DNA of 64,000 bases from Octopus vulgaris (taxonomy: Eukaryota): contig OX597823.1 in the NCBI GenBank assembly GCA_951406725.2, positions 18,848,001 through 18,912,000 on the forward strand. Reading direction: 5' to 3'. Both the position numbers and the translations under genes were made by a program. This document shows, one piece after another, positions 13,301 to 28,710 of the stretch (position 1 is its first letter; each line of letters starts with the position of its first letter). The notes beneath the pieces were generated by a model. That model did no database searches and was not told the DNA's origin. It worked only from the letters and a program-made list of their open reading frames with translations.

Positions 13301-13699
13301 ATTCTGTATAGCCTGTTATGACAGTTGTCGCCATTAGTGTAGCGCTGTGGCGGTGTGATGGTGTATAACAGTGTGGGTGTGGCGTATGGTTGTGTTTGTG
13401 CGGTGCATGGTAGTGTTGCTGAGATGTATAGGTGTTAGCGTAGTGTATGCAGCTGTAAGTATGACGCAGAGTAGTATTAATTTGATATATGACATAGTAC
13501 GGGGCATGGTACCTTTGATGTGGTGTATGATAGTGTTGGCGTGGTGTGCGTAAACCCTTTAACATCGTGTTAATTTAGAAATAATTTAAAGATATAGTTG
13601 GGAACGAAAAGAGAAGCATTAAATATAATATCTTGCAAGATCTAAATAGTGATGTTAACATCCTTTAATCTTCCACGCCAAAGATCTGCGCTTCGAAAG

Positions 13700-13900
13700 T
13701 CTTGCTTCTTTCTTGTTGGCAGACCAGCATCAGTTGTGGCTATAGAGACCCATGTCTGAGTGACAGCCACGACTGCAGTGACTACGCTTGGAAGAGTTGT
13801 CTGCCAGCTTTCTTCTGTTGCTGTTTTTCAGTCGATTTTTTATATTTTTCATCGGCGAGCATCAGCCCCGCCTCTCAACTTTCTAAACCCTTGCCTAATT
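13700..13900 (-). mobile_element. RTE-clade LINE ORF2 C-terminal remnant
   Basis: Minus strand reads KRSHCSRGCHSDMGLYSHN*C, resembling the RTE C-terminal CxRDCHSRIGLYSH motif, preceded by a basic region. Confidence 0.6.
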
Positions 13901-14401
13901 CCAATAATGTTATGTATAAAAGCCATATATTCAAATGACTGGTTTTCAAAGAGCCAAAATAGCTTTATAACTTGTCATGTTTAATAATTTATGACCATGC
14001 AAATATTAATCGATGTCGACTGAATTTTAGATATTTATTCAGCACATCTGCAGCTGCACACTTCAAGTTTGCATTTTTTTATACTTGTTAAGTGAATGCT
14101 TTTTTTCTGTAGCATTTTATATCAAGACTGCAGACATTCTTTGCAGAAGTAATCCAAACTAGAATAAACTTGTTGTTTCTTGTCTTTCTCAATCCATTCT
14201 TGAATGCAGAGGACGCATATATGGATCATGGACTCATACCCATCATGGAATCATTAGCTGTTATCCAACTGCTAGCTTGAAATACGCTCCATTTGATATT
14301 TCTTTACAAGTCATCGCTTTTCGGGAATATTCTTTCCATATGTGATAGAACAACTTCATTCGCAGCATATCAATATTGACATCATCAATGCAAATTTCAG
14401 A

Positions 14402-14708
14402 TCTCAGACAATACCTCAGACAGACCTCAGACAAACCTCAGACAGACCCCAGACAAAACCTCAGACAGACCTCAGACAAAACCTCAGACAGACCTCAGAC
14501 AAACCTCAGACATACCTCAGACAGACCTCAGACAGACCTCAGACAAAACTTCAGACAGACCTCAGACAAACCTCAGACAGACCTCAGACAAAACCTCAGA
14601 CAGACCTCAGACAAAACCTTAGACAGACCTCAGACAAAACTTCAGACAGACCTCAGACAAAACCTTAGACAGACCTCAGACAAACCTCAGACAGACCTCA
14701 GACAAACC
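14402..14708. repeat. 11-12 bp minisatellite CCTCAGACA(GA/AA/AAA)
   Basis: About 27 tandem units with patterned variants. Confidence 0.95.
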
Positions 14709-15450
14709 ACATAACAATTCCGTTTAATTATGATTAAATATAATATCTAGTGATGGCGGCAGTTGTTAATTCTTTGATGAGTGGTAGAATATTGTCCTTC
14801 ATCTTGATACAGCATCGTTTGTCCCTTAAACTTGAAGGCTGATATAATGTCTGGATCAGTGAAAACATAATATCTAGATTAGTGGAAGAGAGCCATTGAT
14901 TTGCAAGATCAATCCAGAATTTGAGGCAATGTTATCTAAGATCATTTTGGCTGCTTTTTCAGTTTTGAATGAAATTTGATTTCAGTTTTTGAGTTTGTAG
15001 TGATGATGTGGTAGAAAATATTCCGATGTATTGCTTCAACATCAGTATCTCGTACATATACCATCCCAAGGGATGGATATTTGAAGGTATTAAGATCTAC
15101 CATAACACGAATAACTACTTCGTCCAGATTGCATTGTTCCATTGGAGTACCATTTCTTAAATTGGATTTCGTATAAACAACCTCGATTTCGAATATTATC
15201 TTTTTTCTTTTTTTTTTTTTTTAAATTCACGAAAGCATCTTTTTGTTACCAGCAGTTGCCAAATAATTATCCTAGTTTCCTGGGACCTTGGTTTTACCAG
15301 ACACATACTATCGTATACTAGTCCTTCGTTGCTCATCTGTACCACCTTAGAATGTCAATGTATGGCATTGATTCCAAACAATGTCTTGCCGTTCTTTTCA
15401 AATCATACCCGAATCCATACGTAAAACCGTCCGTGAAATATTCATCACGT

Positions 15451-15502
<52 letters not shown>

Positions 15503-15544
15503 CGGTGGTGGTGGTGGTGGTGGCAGCAGCAGCAGCAGTAGTAC

Positions 15545-15594
<50 letters not shown>

Positions 15595-15784
15595 AACGAG
15601 TCAGTAAGTGACCGCTTGATAGCAAATAAATCTCTTCCAAATGGGGTATGAACAAACCGAAAGAATAAATGTAGTATTGGATATAGTCCGAAAAACTGAC
15701 GAATCACAGCAGGACCAAAAATTTGCTCCAGCAGAGCTGACCTGGGCCTAAAGAACACTAACTACTATAACTACTACTACTACA

Positions 15785-15836
<52 letters not shown>

Positions 15837-16175
15837 TTAATGATGAAGATTTATTTTCAATCTTAATGTACTTCTGGGTCTACAGCATAATGTTATATTA
15901 TTTTCTACTATAAGCACAAGGTCCAAAATTTGTGGGGAGGAGGCCACTCGATAATATCGATCCCAGTATGCAAATGGTATTTAATTTATCAACCCCGAAA
16001 AGATGAAAGGCAAAGTCGACCTCGGCGGAATTTGAACTCAGAAGGTAAAGACAGACGAAATACCAATTTCTTTACTTCCTACAAGGGGCTAAACATAGAG
16101 AGGACAAACAAGGACAGACAAACGGATTAAGTCGATTATATCGACCCCAGTGCGTAAATGGTACTTAATTTATCG

Positions 16176-17290
16176 GTTAAACATTTTCGGTATGCAAATT
16201 AGTGACTCCCTGCATAGAAAAACTGCTGCATTTGTTGAGTATATATAGAGTTTATTGAAGGCGGCGAGCTGGTAGAAACGTTAGCACGCCGGGCGAAATT
16301 CGTAGCCGTATTTCGTCTGTCGTTACGTTCCGAGTTCAAATTCCGCCGAGGTCGACTTTGCCTTTCATCCTTTCGGGGTCGATAAATTAAGTACCAGTTA
16401 CGCACTGGGGTCGATGTAGTCGACTTAATCCCTTTGTCTGTCCTTGTTTGTCCCCTCTGTGTTTAGCCCCTTGTGGGTAGTAAAGAAATATATATATAGA
16501 GTTTATTGAGCGGTTATAAATTTTCGGTATGCAAATTAGTGACTCCCTGCATAGAAAAACTACTGTATCTGTTGAGTATATATAGAGTTTATTGAGCGGT
16601 TATAAATTTTCGGTATGCAAATTAGGGACTCCCGCATAGAATAAATGCTGCCTTTGTTGAGTATCTATAGAGTTTATAGACGGATTAAAAAATTTTGTTA
16701 TGCAAATTAGGGACTCCTTCATAGAATAACTGCTGCGTTTGTTGAGTATATATAGATTTTATAGAGGGGTTAAACATTTTCGGTATGCAAATTAGGGACT
16801 CCATCGTAGAATCACTGCTGCATTTGTTGAGTATATATAGAGTTTATAGAGGGGGTTAAACATTTTTCGCATGCAAATTAGGGACTCCTTCATAGAATAA
16901 CTGCTGCATTTGTTGAGTTTATAGAGGGATTAAAAATGTTGGTATGCAAATTAGGGACTCCTTCCTAGAATCACTGCTGCATTTGTTGTGTGTATATATA
17001 GTATATAGAGCGGTTAAACATTTCGGTATGCAAATTAGGGACTCCTTCATAGAAAAACTGTTGTATTTGTTGAGTATATATCGAGTTAATAGAGCGGTTA
17101 CACATTTTCTGTATGCAAATGAGTGACTCCCTGCATAGAATAAATGCTGTATTTGTTGAGTATATACAGAGTTTATAGAGCGTTTAAACATTTTTGGTAT
17201 TCAAATTATGGACTCCTTCATAGAATAACTGCTGCATTTGTTGAGTATTTAAACAGTTTATAAAGTGTTAAACATTTTCAGTACGCATCC
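16176..17290. repeat. ~85-bp tandem satellite, about 10.5 units, octamer ATGCAAAT in 9 units
   Basis: ATGCAAAT at 16192, 16529, 16615, 16700, 16785, 16871, 16944, 17028, 17113; variant ATTCAAAT at 17199. Confidence 0.95.
16259..16490 (+). mobile_element. Young SINE family A monomer inserted in the satellite
   Basis: Full head-to-tail copy with TSD TATATATAGAGTTTATTGA. Confidence 0.9.
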
Positions 17291-18784
17291 CGAAAGGATA
17301 AAAGCCAAAGTCGACCTCGGCGGAATTTGAACTCTGAACGTGACGGCAGACGAAATACCGCTAAGCATTTCGCCCGGCGTGCTAACGTTTCTTATTTCTT
17401 TGTTGCCCACAAGGGGTTAAATATAGGGGGGACAAACAAGAACAGACAAAGGGATTAAGTCGATTATATCGACCCCAGTGCTTAACTGGTACTTAATTTA
17501 TCGACCCCGAAATGATAAAAGGCAATGTCGACCTCAGCGGAATTTGAACTCAGGACGTAAAAACAAACGAAATACCTATTTCTTTACTACCCACAAAGGG
17601 CTTGACACAGAGAAAACAAACAAGGACAGACAAACGGATTAAGTCGATTATATCGACCCCAGTGCGTAACTGGTACTTATTTAATCGACCCCGAAAGGAT
17701 AAAAGGTAAAGTCGACCTCGGCGGAATTTGAACAGACGAAATACCGCTAGCATTTTGTCCGGCGCGTTCTGCCAATTCACTGTCTAAATAATTTTTTCTA
17801 CTGGAAGCAGAAGGCCTTACGTTTGTAGGAACGGAGTAAGTCGATTATATCGACCCCAGTGCTTAACTGGTACTTATTTAATCGACCCTGAAAGGATGAA
17901 AGGCAAAGTCGACCTCGGCGGAATTTGAACTCAGAACGTAAAAACAGACGAAATACCTATTTCTTTATTACCCACAAGGGGCTAAACACAGAGGGGACAA
18001 ACAAGGACTGACAAACGGATTAAGTCGATTATATCGACTCTTGTGCATAACTGGTACTTATTTAATCGACCCCGAAAGGATGAAAGGCAAAGAATTTGAA
18101 CTCAGAACATAAAAACAGACGAAATTCCTATTTCTTTATTACCCACAAGGGGCTAAACACAGAGGGGACAAACAAGGACTCACAAACGGATTAAGTCGAT
18201 TATATCGACTCTTGTGCATAACTGGTACTTATTTAATCGATAATGCATAACTGGTACTTATTTAATAATATTTATTATTATTATTATCCCGAAAGGATGA
18301 AAGGCAAAATCGACCTCGGCGGAATTTGAACTCAGAACGTAGCGGCAGACGAAATACCGCTAACCATTTCGCCCGGCGTGCTAACGTTTCTGCCAGCTCG
18401 CCGCCTTAGCATGATGTTATATTATCGCGTGATCTCGTTTAATACGTAAGTTTGTATCCACGTGTGATTTCAGACATATTTTAATACGTAGTTTCATTTC
18501 TCGTGAAATCTCTTTGTTACATTTATACGTAGTTTGTGTTCTTGTGTGATCTCGTTATACCGTTAGAACGGAGTTTATGTTCACGTGTAATCTCGTTAAT
18601 GTATTTTATACGGTTTAATTGCAGTCAATTTACAACTGAAGACGTGTACCAGGCTCAGCGATGTGCGGGAGCTCTATCACGCACAGAGCTGGCGCCTGCT
18701 CTGTTTACACCGCGGAAGTAGAATTTAAAAGATCAATAACACCTCCACTGTTTTTTTCTTGTGCCCTGAAACAGCAGATGTCAT

Positions 18785-18850
<66 letters not shown>

Positions 18851-19284
18851 ACACACACACGCTACACATACATGTGAATACACACACATACTCACACACA
18901 AGTATTCACTCACGCACATACAGAGAAACATAAATATATATACTAATATAAACAGACGAAATATAAAACGACATATGTAAAAACATACACGCATGCATGT
19001 ACACACGCACACGGACACACGGACACACACACACACATGCACACACCCATACACACATTCACAGTCCTCGAGTCGCCACATACGCACCCACTTTATGTAT
19101 GTGGCGCAAATTATCCGTTTAAATAGCCGATCGGCGATGTATAGGTTTGCCTGCGTATGTGGTGGTGGTGGTGGTGGGGTGTTTTATCTAATAATAGGGA
19201 CCAGTTTGATTTCGGTCACATATGATGATGATGTGGAGGAGTAGGAGAAGGTGACAATGATGATGGTGATAATGATTATAGAAA

Positions 19285-19675
<391 letters not shown>

Positions 19676-20230
19676 TATTATGCAAAGTGAGAGACAAGGT
19701 AGAATATGATTATGAGGCTGTTGATGTCTCTATGGCAACTGCCTTTCATGTTTTAATTAGCAGGTTGTTCCTGTAGCAAGCATCATGGAAGAGATTTTTA
19801 AAATGAAATAGAGTGAAGAGGTATCAATAACAACAACAACAACAACAACAACAACAACCGCAACAACAACAACAACAACACTAGCAGCAGCAGCATAGTG
19901 AGAAGACATTTGCAACAGCACTCGACAATGCAGCACAATGCTGGTCGTGTCGGCCTGCAAGAAGTAGCAACCAAATTTCCTTTAAATCTTACCCTACCGT
20001 GTTAAAAACGGAAGGGCACATTAGAAAGTGTGATCTTAGTTATACAGTATCTGGAAAAATAACGGCTGGACGTTACTGAAACTATTTTGACCTTAACTCG
20101 GATGGATTAGAACTAATCTAGTGTTAATTAACACCAGGGATTATGGTGCCGGTACCATCAACAATAATAGTATAGATGTACACACACACATACATACATA
20201 CATACATACATACATACATACATACATACA

Positions 20231-20264
<34 letters not shown>

Positions 20265-20284
20265 CATACATACATACATACATA

Positions 20285-20535
20285 TTGGGTTGGTGCATAA
20301 TTATTGCGGCTTTTTTTCAAATTTTTTTTTCAACAAAAATAACATGTAACAAAAACATCTTTAAAGGATTATTCCGGAGCATATTCACCATCTACTTCAA
20401 TTACTGCTTCCTATTTGCTTGGCAGACAGTCAGACCGTCAATTTAAAGATGTTTTTGTTAAATACTGTTATTGTTTTTGTTGAATAAACATTTGTTGGGG
20501 GAGAAAAAAGCCGCAATAATTATGCACCAACCCAA
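20285..20535. mobile_element. mariner MITE with Hsmar1/MADE1-like TIRs
   Basis: TA|TTGGGTTGGTGCATAATTATTGCGGC ... GCCGCAATAATTATGCACCAACCCAA|TA; internal minus-strand LPSK*EAVIEVDGEY resembles the transposase C-terminus. Confidence 0.9.
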
Positions 20536-20537
20536 TA

Positions 20538-21000
20538 CGAAAAAAATATTGGTGGAATTTTAAAATTAAAACAGCCACAAAGTTAAAACACAACCGGCCA
20601 GATATTATTGTTGTGTGGGGCCTTAAGGAAAAGATAAGTTCTGTTGTGGAAATCAGCTGTCCCCTAGACACGAAAGTAGTTAGAAAAATACTAGAGAATG
20701 AGGACATCTTTGAACAATTTATAAGAAGTTTGCAAATCAAGTACCCAAGATACATTTTCAGCATCATACTTGGAGCAACAGGATATATACCGACCCGTCT
20801 GGAGCAAAGTATGACTGAACTTGGGATCTTGGGTAGAGAATGTAGATCCTTAATTCATATGCTACAAATGATCTAGGACTATAAAATCTGCAAGACCTTC
20901 TTAAAATTTAAAGGATGATAGTTAAAACAATACCCTTTCCTTCACAACCCTACTAGTAAGTAGATGGTCGGTCAAAATTTACTCTCAGTTAAAAGGAGAA
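20538..21000 (+). mobile_element. R4/Dong-like RLE non-LTR retrotransposon 3' fragment
   Basis: YWWNFKIKTATKLKHNRPDIIVV...VVEISCPLD...IILGATGYIP...KICKTFLKF; NRPD...E matches a PD-(D/E)xK RLE. Confidence 0.8.
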
Positions 21001-21001
21001 A

Positions 21002-21302
21002 GTGGAGGCACATGGCCAAGTGGTTAGAGTAGCGGACTCGCGGTCGGGGGATCGCGGGTTCGAATCTCATACCGCGCAATGTGTGTTTTTATGAGCGAAA
21101 CACCTAAGCTCCACGCGGCTCCCGCAGAAGGTAATGGCGAACTTCTGCTGACTCTTTCGCCATAACTTTCTCTCACTCTTTCCTCCTGCATTTTGCAGCT
21201 CACCTGCGACGGACCGGCGTCCCGTCCAGGTGGGGAACTTATACGCCAAGGAAACCGGGAAACCGGCCCTATGAGCCCGGCATGGCTTGAGAAGGAACAA
21301 AC
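21002..21302 (+). mobile_element. SINE family B, tail type 1
   Basis: tRNA-like head TGGCCAAGTGG...GGTTCGAATC; TSD TAAAAGGAGAAAG. Confidence 0.85.
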
Positions 21303-21403
21303 TAAAAGGAGAAAGAGAAGAACATCCAGCCATCCAGCCATCCAGCCATCCATCCATCCATCCAGTCAGCCAGCTATGCATGCATGCATGCATACATATA
21401 TAC

Positions 21404-21770
21404 CAGGCATGTGCCGTCAGTAATTACGCAGGGTAGGCAGTTGATGACCTTTATGTCGTAAAACACATGAAAATAAGCGAAACAGGCGCGCGACTGAGTT
21501 GTAGGCAGATTTATTTCTGCCTTTATAGCAAGTAAAGAAAACGTTGTTGTAGGAATGTATTATGCGTAGCTTAAGTACTGAGATTGAAAAGCAGGAGTGA
21601 ATTATGCCTACCTAATCTATAAATAATTTTTTTAATTTTGCATTTTATACATGATAATCGGAGTAACCTTTATAATTTTATTTTGCCATAAAAGGAAAAT
21701 ATTTCTATCAATCTATTTTATCCAAGCTAGGCATTGCTTACCTTGCCTACCTAGACAGCACGTCCCGCTG
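21404..21770. mobile_element. hAT-like MITE
   Basis: CAG...CTG termini, inverted GGTAGGCA/TGCCTACC subterminal motifs, 8-bp flanks ATATATAC/ATACATAC. Confidence 0.55.
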
Positions 21771-21911
21771 ATACATACATACATACATATATACATACAT
21801 ACATACATACATACATACATACATACATACATACATAATACATACATACATACATACATACATACATACATACATACATACATACATACATACATACATA
21901 CATACATACAT

Positions 21912-22108
21912 ACGTAAGGGTATAAAGGACGCACTTTTTCCAAAAAAAAAATGTGTTTAAGAAAATCACACTCGGCCTCATATACGAAACCGGGCTTCTC
22001 ATAAGCTAATTATGCCGCTGACGCTCACTTTCTTTTGCGCATGCGCTGCTGCTGATATTGGGGTGCGTCTAATATATCCGCGCGTCTTTTATGAAATCAA
22101 ATACGGTA
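21912..22108. mobile_element. Tc1/mariner-superfamily MITE remnant
   Basis: Right end AAATACGGTA with inverted GACGCAC/GTGCGTC motifs; left end decayed. Confidence 0.45.
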
Positions 22109-22239
22109 CTAACTAGATGTAACACAATTCAAATGTAGACCTGTAACTCACCTGTCATTAAACAAGAGTTATAATCTGATAAAGATGATTTAAAATATGT
22201 ATCTATTCCAGATCAAGAGGATATATATTTAAGCATTAA

Positions 22240-25200
22240 CAAAATATGGTATTTAATACAAGAAATATCACTAAATATAGATTGATTTCATCAACATACA
22301 AATATAAGAACATATTTTATTTTCATACCTTAAAACGTAATATTATTCCACCAGATTATATTAATCTATAACTTTACCAATAATCTATCTAACATTCTGG
22401 ATTAAAAAAATATGATTAATTGCTTTTCTTAACTTGAGTGAAACAAAGAATTTTTTTTTTCAAAAATATTAATGAAAATGGGGAAAACATTCTCTGTAAA
22501 ATAACCATATTCATCAAAAATTCCGAAGAAATATAAAAAAAAAAAGATCAACCAGTTTTGATTCCTTTAAAGACAAAGAGAACCTACGATAAATTAATGC
22601 ATGGCACTCTAATTAAAAATAAATTTCCATCGCAAAATTCCTTTGTAATTAGTCGCTAGATTTCACGCTCGTCGTAATACAAGATTACTTTTTAAATAAT
22701 TCTTTCTAATTTTTGGCACTGGGCCAGCAACTTTGAGGAGAAGGAAAGTCGGTTACATCGCCGCCAGTACTCAGCTGGTATCAACTGGTATAAAGTTTGT
22801 CGCTTACATCCACAACTTGACTCGTACTTTATTTTATCGACTCTGAAAACTCAAAGCCGACCTCTAAACTGTTCTCGTTTCTTCCATTATATTTTTAATC
22901 TTTACAACAGATTTGTCTAATTCATTAGATAGAATTATGGAAATGCCAGATTTTGTTGGTTGATTTCAATCTATATTCTCGATCTGGCATTCGTAACAAT
23001 AATAAAAATAAGTTTTGTATTTTGTATTGTTATTAATGTTTGCAATAAAATAGGCAAACGAAAATGAACGACAATTTAATCATTCTATAACGCAATTAAT
23101 TTTCATGACCCTAAATTATCAATCTTTAATATGATAAAATATATTTAATGAATTAATTATTTACAGCAAAAAATAAACGTAAAATTCTAAGATTTAAAAT
23201 GGCCAACCCATTTTAAGTAATAACGATGATATACGATTAAAATCCTCACGAAATTTATCACTGTTTAATATATTAACACTTCATATTATATCATAGTATT
23301 ATCAAAACGCAAATTATTGTAGCTGGAGATGGGGAGATGGCAGCACTGGAAAATTTCGTACTCAGATACGAACAACTATATTAGATTGCATAAGATCTAC
23401 TCCTTGAAACAATTATTTTTCATCAAGCGGGCATTTCCTTTTATTAAAGAAGAATATTATTATGATATTTTTTGCTTCGTATTTAGATTTTTTTAATTAT
23501 CATTTTAAAGTTTTGAGGCGGGGGGTGGAGGGTTACTGTTCTTCCAGTGGAGGTTAGCAAATATAACGGTGCTTTATTTCTCTCTTTCTTTTATCAAATT
23601 GCTAAAGCATGAAGGTATTATATTTGGTAATCTCCGAAGGGAAGAACAATTAAACTCCATTAAAATAATAATTCTTTCATTCATTTAGCCACCAGAGGAT
23701 ATCATTTCAATTAATAATAATGAAATAAAAAGAGGATAAACAAATAGTAATTTTAAGCTTTGACACAAAGTCAGCAATTTTGGGGGGTGGAGCATGGGGC
23801 ACAGTAGATTATATCGGCCCAGGTATTTGGTTGGTACTTTATTTTGTCAACCCTGTATGAATGGTGAAGTTGACCTTGACGAGGTGTCAAAGCATTTTTT
23901 TTCCCCCGACATCAACGATTCTACCCGCTCGCCGCCCTAGTAATCATTTCTACTCTAGGCACAAGGCCTGAAATTTGGGGAAGCGGGGGGCTAGTCGATT
24001 ACATCAACCCTAGTATTCCACTGGTACTTAACTTATCGACCCCGAGAGGATGAAAGGCAAAGTCAACCTAAGCAGTATTTGAACTAAGAACGTAGTGGTA
24101 GACGAAATACCTATTTCTTTACTACCCACAAGGGGATAAACAAGGACAGACAAACGGATTAAACCGATAACATCGACCCCAGTACGTAACTGGTACTTAT
24201 TTAATCGACTCCGAAAGGATGAAAGGCAAAGTCGACCTCGGCGGAATTTGAACTCAGAACACGAAGACAGACGAAATACCTATTTCTTTACTACCCATAA
24301 GGGGCTAAATACAAAAGGGACAAACAAGGACAGACAAACGGATAAGTCGATTACATCGACCCCAGTGCGTAACTGGTACTTATTTAATCGACTCCGAAAG
24401 GATGAAAGACAAAGTCGACCTCGGCGGAATTTGAACTCAGAACGTAGCGGTAGACGAAATACCTATTTCTTTACTACCCACAAGGGGCTAAACACAGAGA
24501 TGATAAACAAGTACAGACAAACGGATTAAGTCGGTTATATCGACCCCAGTGCATAACTGGTACTTATTTAATCGACCCCGAAAGGATGAAAGGCAAAGTC
24601 GACCTCGGCGGAATTTGAACTCAGAACGTAGAAACAGACGAAATACCGCTAAGCATTTTGTCCGGCATGCTAATGGTTCTGCTAACTCACCGCCTAAATA
24701 ATCCTTTCTACCGGAAGCAGAAGGCCTTACATTTGAAGGAACGGATTAAGTCGATGACATCGACCCCAGTGCGTAACTGGTACTTATTTAATCGACTCCG
24801 AAAGGATGAAAGGCAAAGTCGACCTCGGCGGAATTTGAACTCAGAACGTAAAAACAGACGAAATACCTATTTCTTTACTACCCATAAGGGGCTAAATACA
24901 AAAGGGACAAACAAGGACAGACAAACGGATAAGTCGATTACATCGACCCCAGTGCGTAACTGGTACTTATTTAATCGACTCCGAAAGGATGAAAGACAAA
25001 GTCGACCTCGGCGGAATTTGAACTCAGAACGTAGCGGTAGACGAAATACCTATTTCTTTACTACCCACAAGGGGCTAAACACAGAGATGATAAACAAGTA
25101 CAGACAAACGGATTAAGTCGGTTATATCGACCCCAGTGCATAACTGGTACTTATTTAATCGACCCCGAAAGGATGAAAGGCAAAGTCGACCTCGGCGGAA

Positions 25201-26530
25201 TTTGAACTCAGAACGTAGAAACAGACGAAATACCGCTAAGCATTTTGTCCGGCATGCTAATGGTTCTGCTAACTCACCGCCTAAATAATCCTTTCTACCG
25301 GAAGCAGAAGGCCTTACATTTGAAGGAACGGATTAAGTCGATGACATCGACCCCAGTGCGTAACTGGTACTTATTTAATCGACTCCGAAAGGATGAAAGG
25401 CAAAGTCGACCTCGGCGGAATTTGAACTCAGAACACGAAGACAGACGAAATACCTATTTCTTTACTACCCACAAGGGGCTAAACACAGAGAGGACAAACA
25501 AGGACAAACAAACGGATTAAGTCGATTATATCGACCCCAGTGCGCAACTGGTACTTATTTAATCGACCCCGAAAGGATGGAAGGCAAAGTCGACCTCGGC
25601 GGAATTTGAACTCAGAACGTAGCGGCAGACGAAATACCGTTAAGTGTTTCGCCCGGCGTGCTAACGTTTCTGCCAGCTCGCCGCCTTAATAATTATAAAC
25701 AAATAAATAAATAACAATTTGCTCAGTTATACAGATGGCTTAAAGTCCGACACCAGTAAGAATATCAGCTTGAAATTACATCATAAGTTTTGCAATATGT
25801 GACTCAGAGCAATGATGAATAATAGAATCTTAAGATTCTGCTAAAGAAATACCATCGGAGAAAGAATTCTTATTATTATTGACTGGTAATAGTTTATCTG
25901 ATACAGAATTATTTGAATCAAGAAAATAAGTACATGTAAAAAAAAATAATAAATATATTGTGGGAAATAGATAATTATTTATTTGACAATGATAAATATG
26001 AATGATCTCGGTATCAAGTCGTATAGATATTATGGGGAACAAGAAAGCAGAAGAATTAGCGAAAAAAAAATCGTTAAATGCACGAAGAAATAGTAAAGAT
26101 TGCATTTCAAATTTATCTGCAAGTAAAATCTTTCAGTAAAAAACATAATTTGTGAAGAGTGGAAAATATACTAAGAAGAAACAGTAAATAAACTATCAAA
26201 CATTAATCCGCCATTATCTCTTCCAGAGTCACCGTCTTCATAGAGTGTATCCGTTACTGAACAATACAAATAAAGATTTTATTGGTTACGTACAACTCGT
26301 ATTCTTACAAATTATATTCCATCACGAACTGGTTGTATGGAACCACCTTTATATGTATATGGAGACTATTCAGAAACTTTCTGGCATTATATATAATTCA
26401 ATGCGAAAATTATCAGATTGAGAGATGATAAATTATTCAATTTTAGAAAAGGTTACCGATGTTTTAAAGATACGATTCATTTACAAGAATCTACCAACCT
26501 TTTTAATACGATGTTTGAATTCAGAGAGGC
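22240..26530 (+). pseudogene. Ancient RNase H-containing (I-group) LINE ORF2 remnant interrupted by SINEs
   Basis: Ordered decayed motifs: KYRLISS (~22275), KRTYDKLMHGTLIK (~22575), IFTTDL (~22900), IRSTP (~23390), RNase H YTDGLK (~25728), IMGNKKAEELAK (~26030), C-terminal ETFWHY..C (~26375). Confidence 0.6.
23750..25687 (-). mobile_element. Large SINE family A concatemer with 587-bp tandem duplication
   Basis: About 9-10 body units; ORFs at 24658 and 25245 share the same start sequence, offset 587 bp. Confidence 0.9.
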
Positions 26531-26707
26531 AAATACCAAAATATCAAAACCGTTTCAATGATTTTTGCTTTGCTTCTTTTACTTGTTTCAGTCCATTCTT
26601 CGACTGCAGCCATGCTGGAGCATTGTCTTGAAGTGGAATAAAACGGGTCCACTTTGGCTGTCATCCAATGACTGAAAATAGTAAAAAAAAACAGAAGAAT
26701 CAATATA

Positions 26708-26740
<33 letters not shown>

Positions 26741-26743
26741 ATG

Positions 26744-28710
<1,967 letters not shown>

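Larger units (their letters stand above)
15900..18408 (-). mobile_element. SINE family A multimer interrupted by satellite (16176-17290)
   Basis: Core split ...AATTTATCG | satellite | CCCGAAAGG...; head at about 18400. Confidence 0.85.

Noticed and set aside
14342-14714. QTDLRQ repeat protein
   Set aside because: Minisatellite with mixed 11/12-bp units that shift frame
16176-17290. CRISPR-like regular array
   Set aside because: Whole units are homologous, with no unique spacers and no cas genes; eukaryotic satellite
23950-25687. Repeated ORFs RNWYLFNR..KDERQSRPRRNLNSE as a gene family or CRISPR
   Set aside because: Antisense translation of SINE A concatemers
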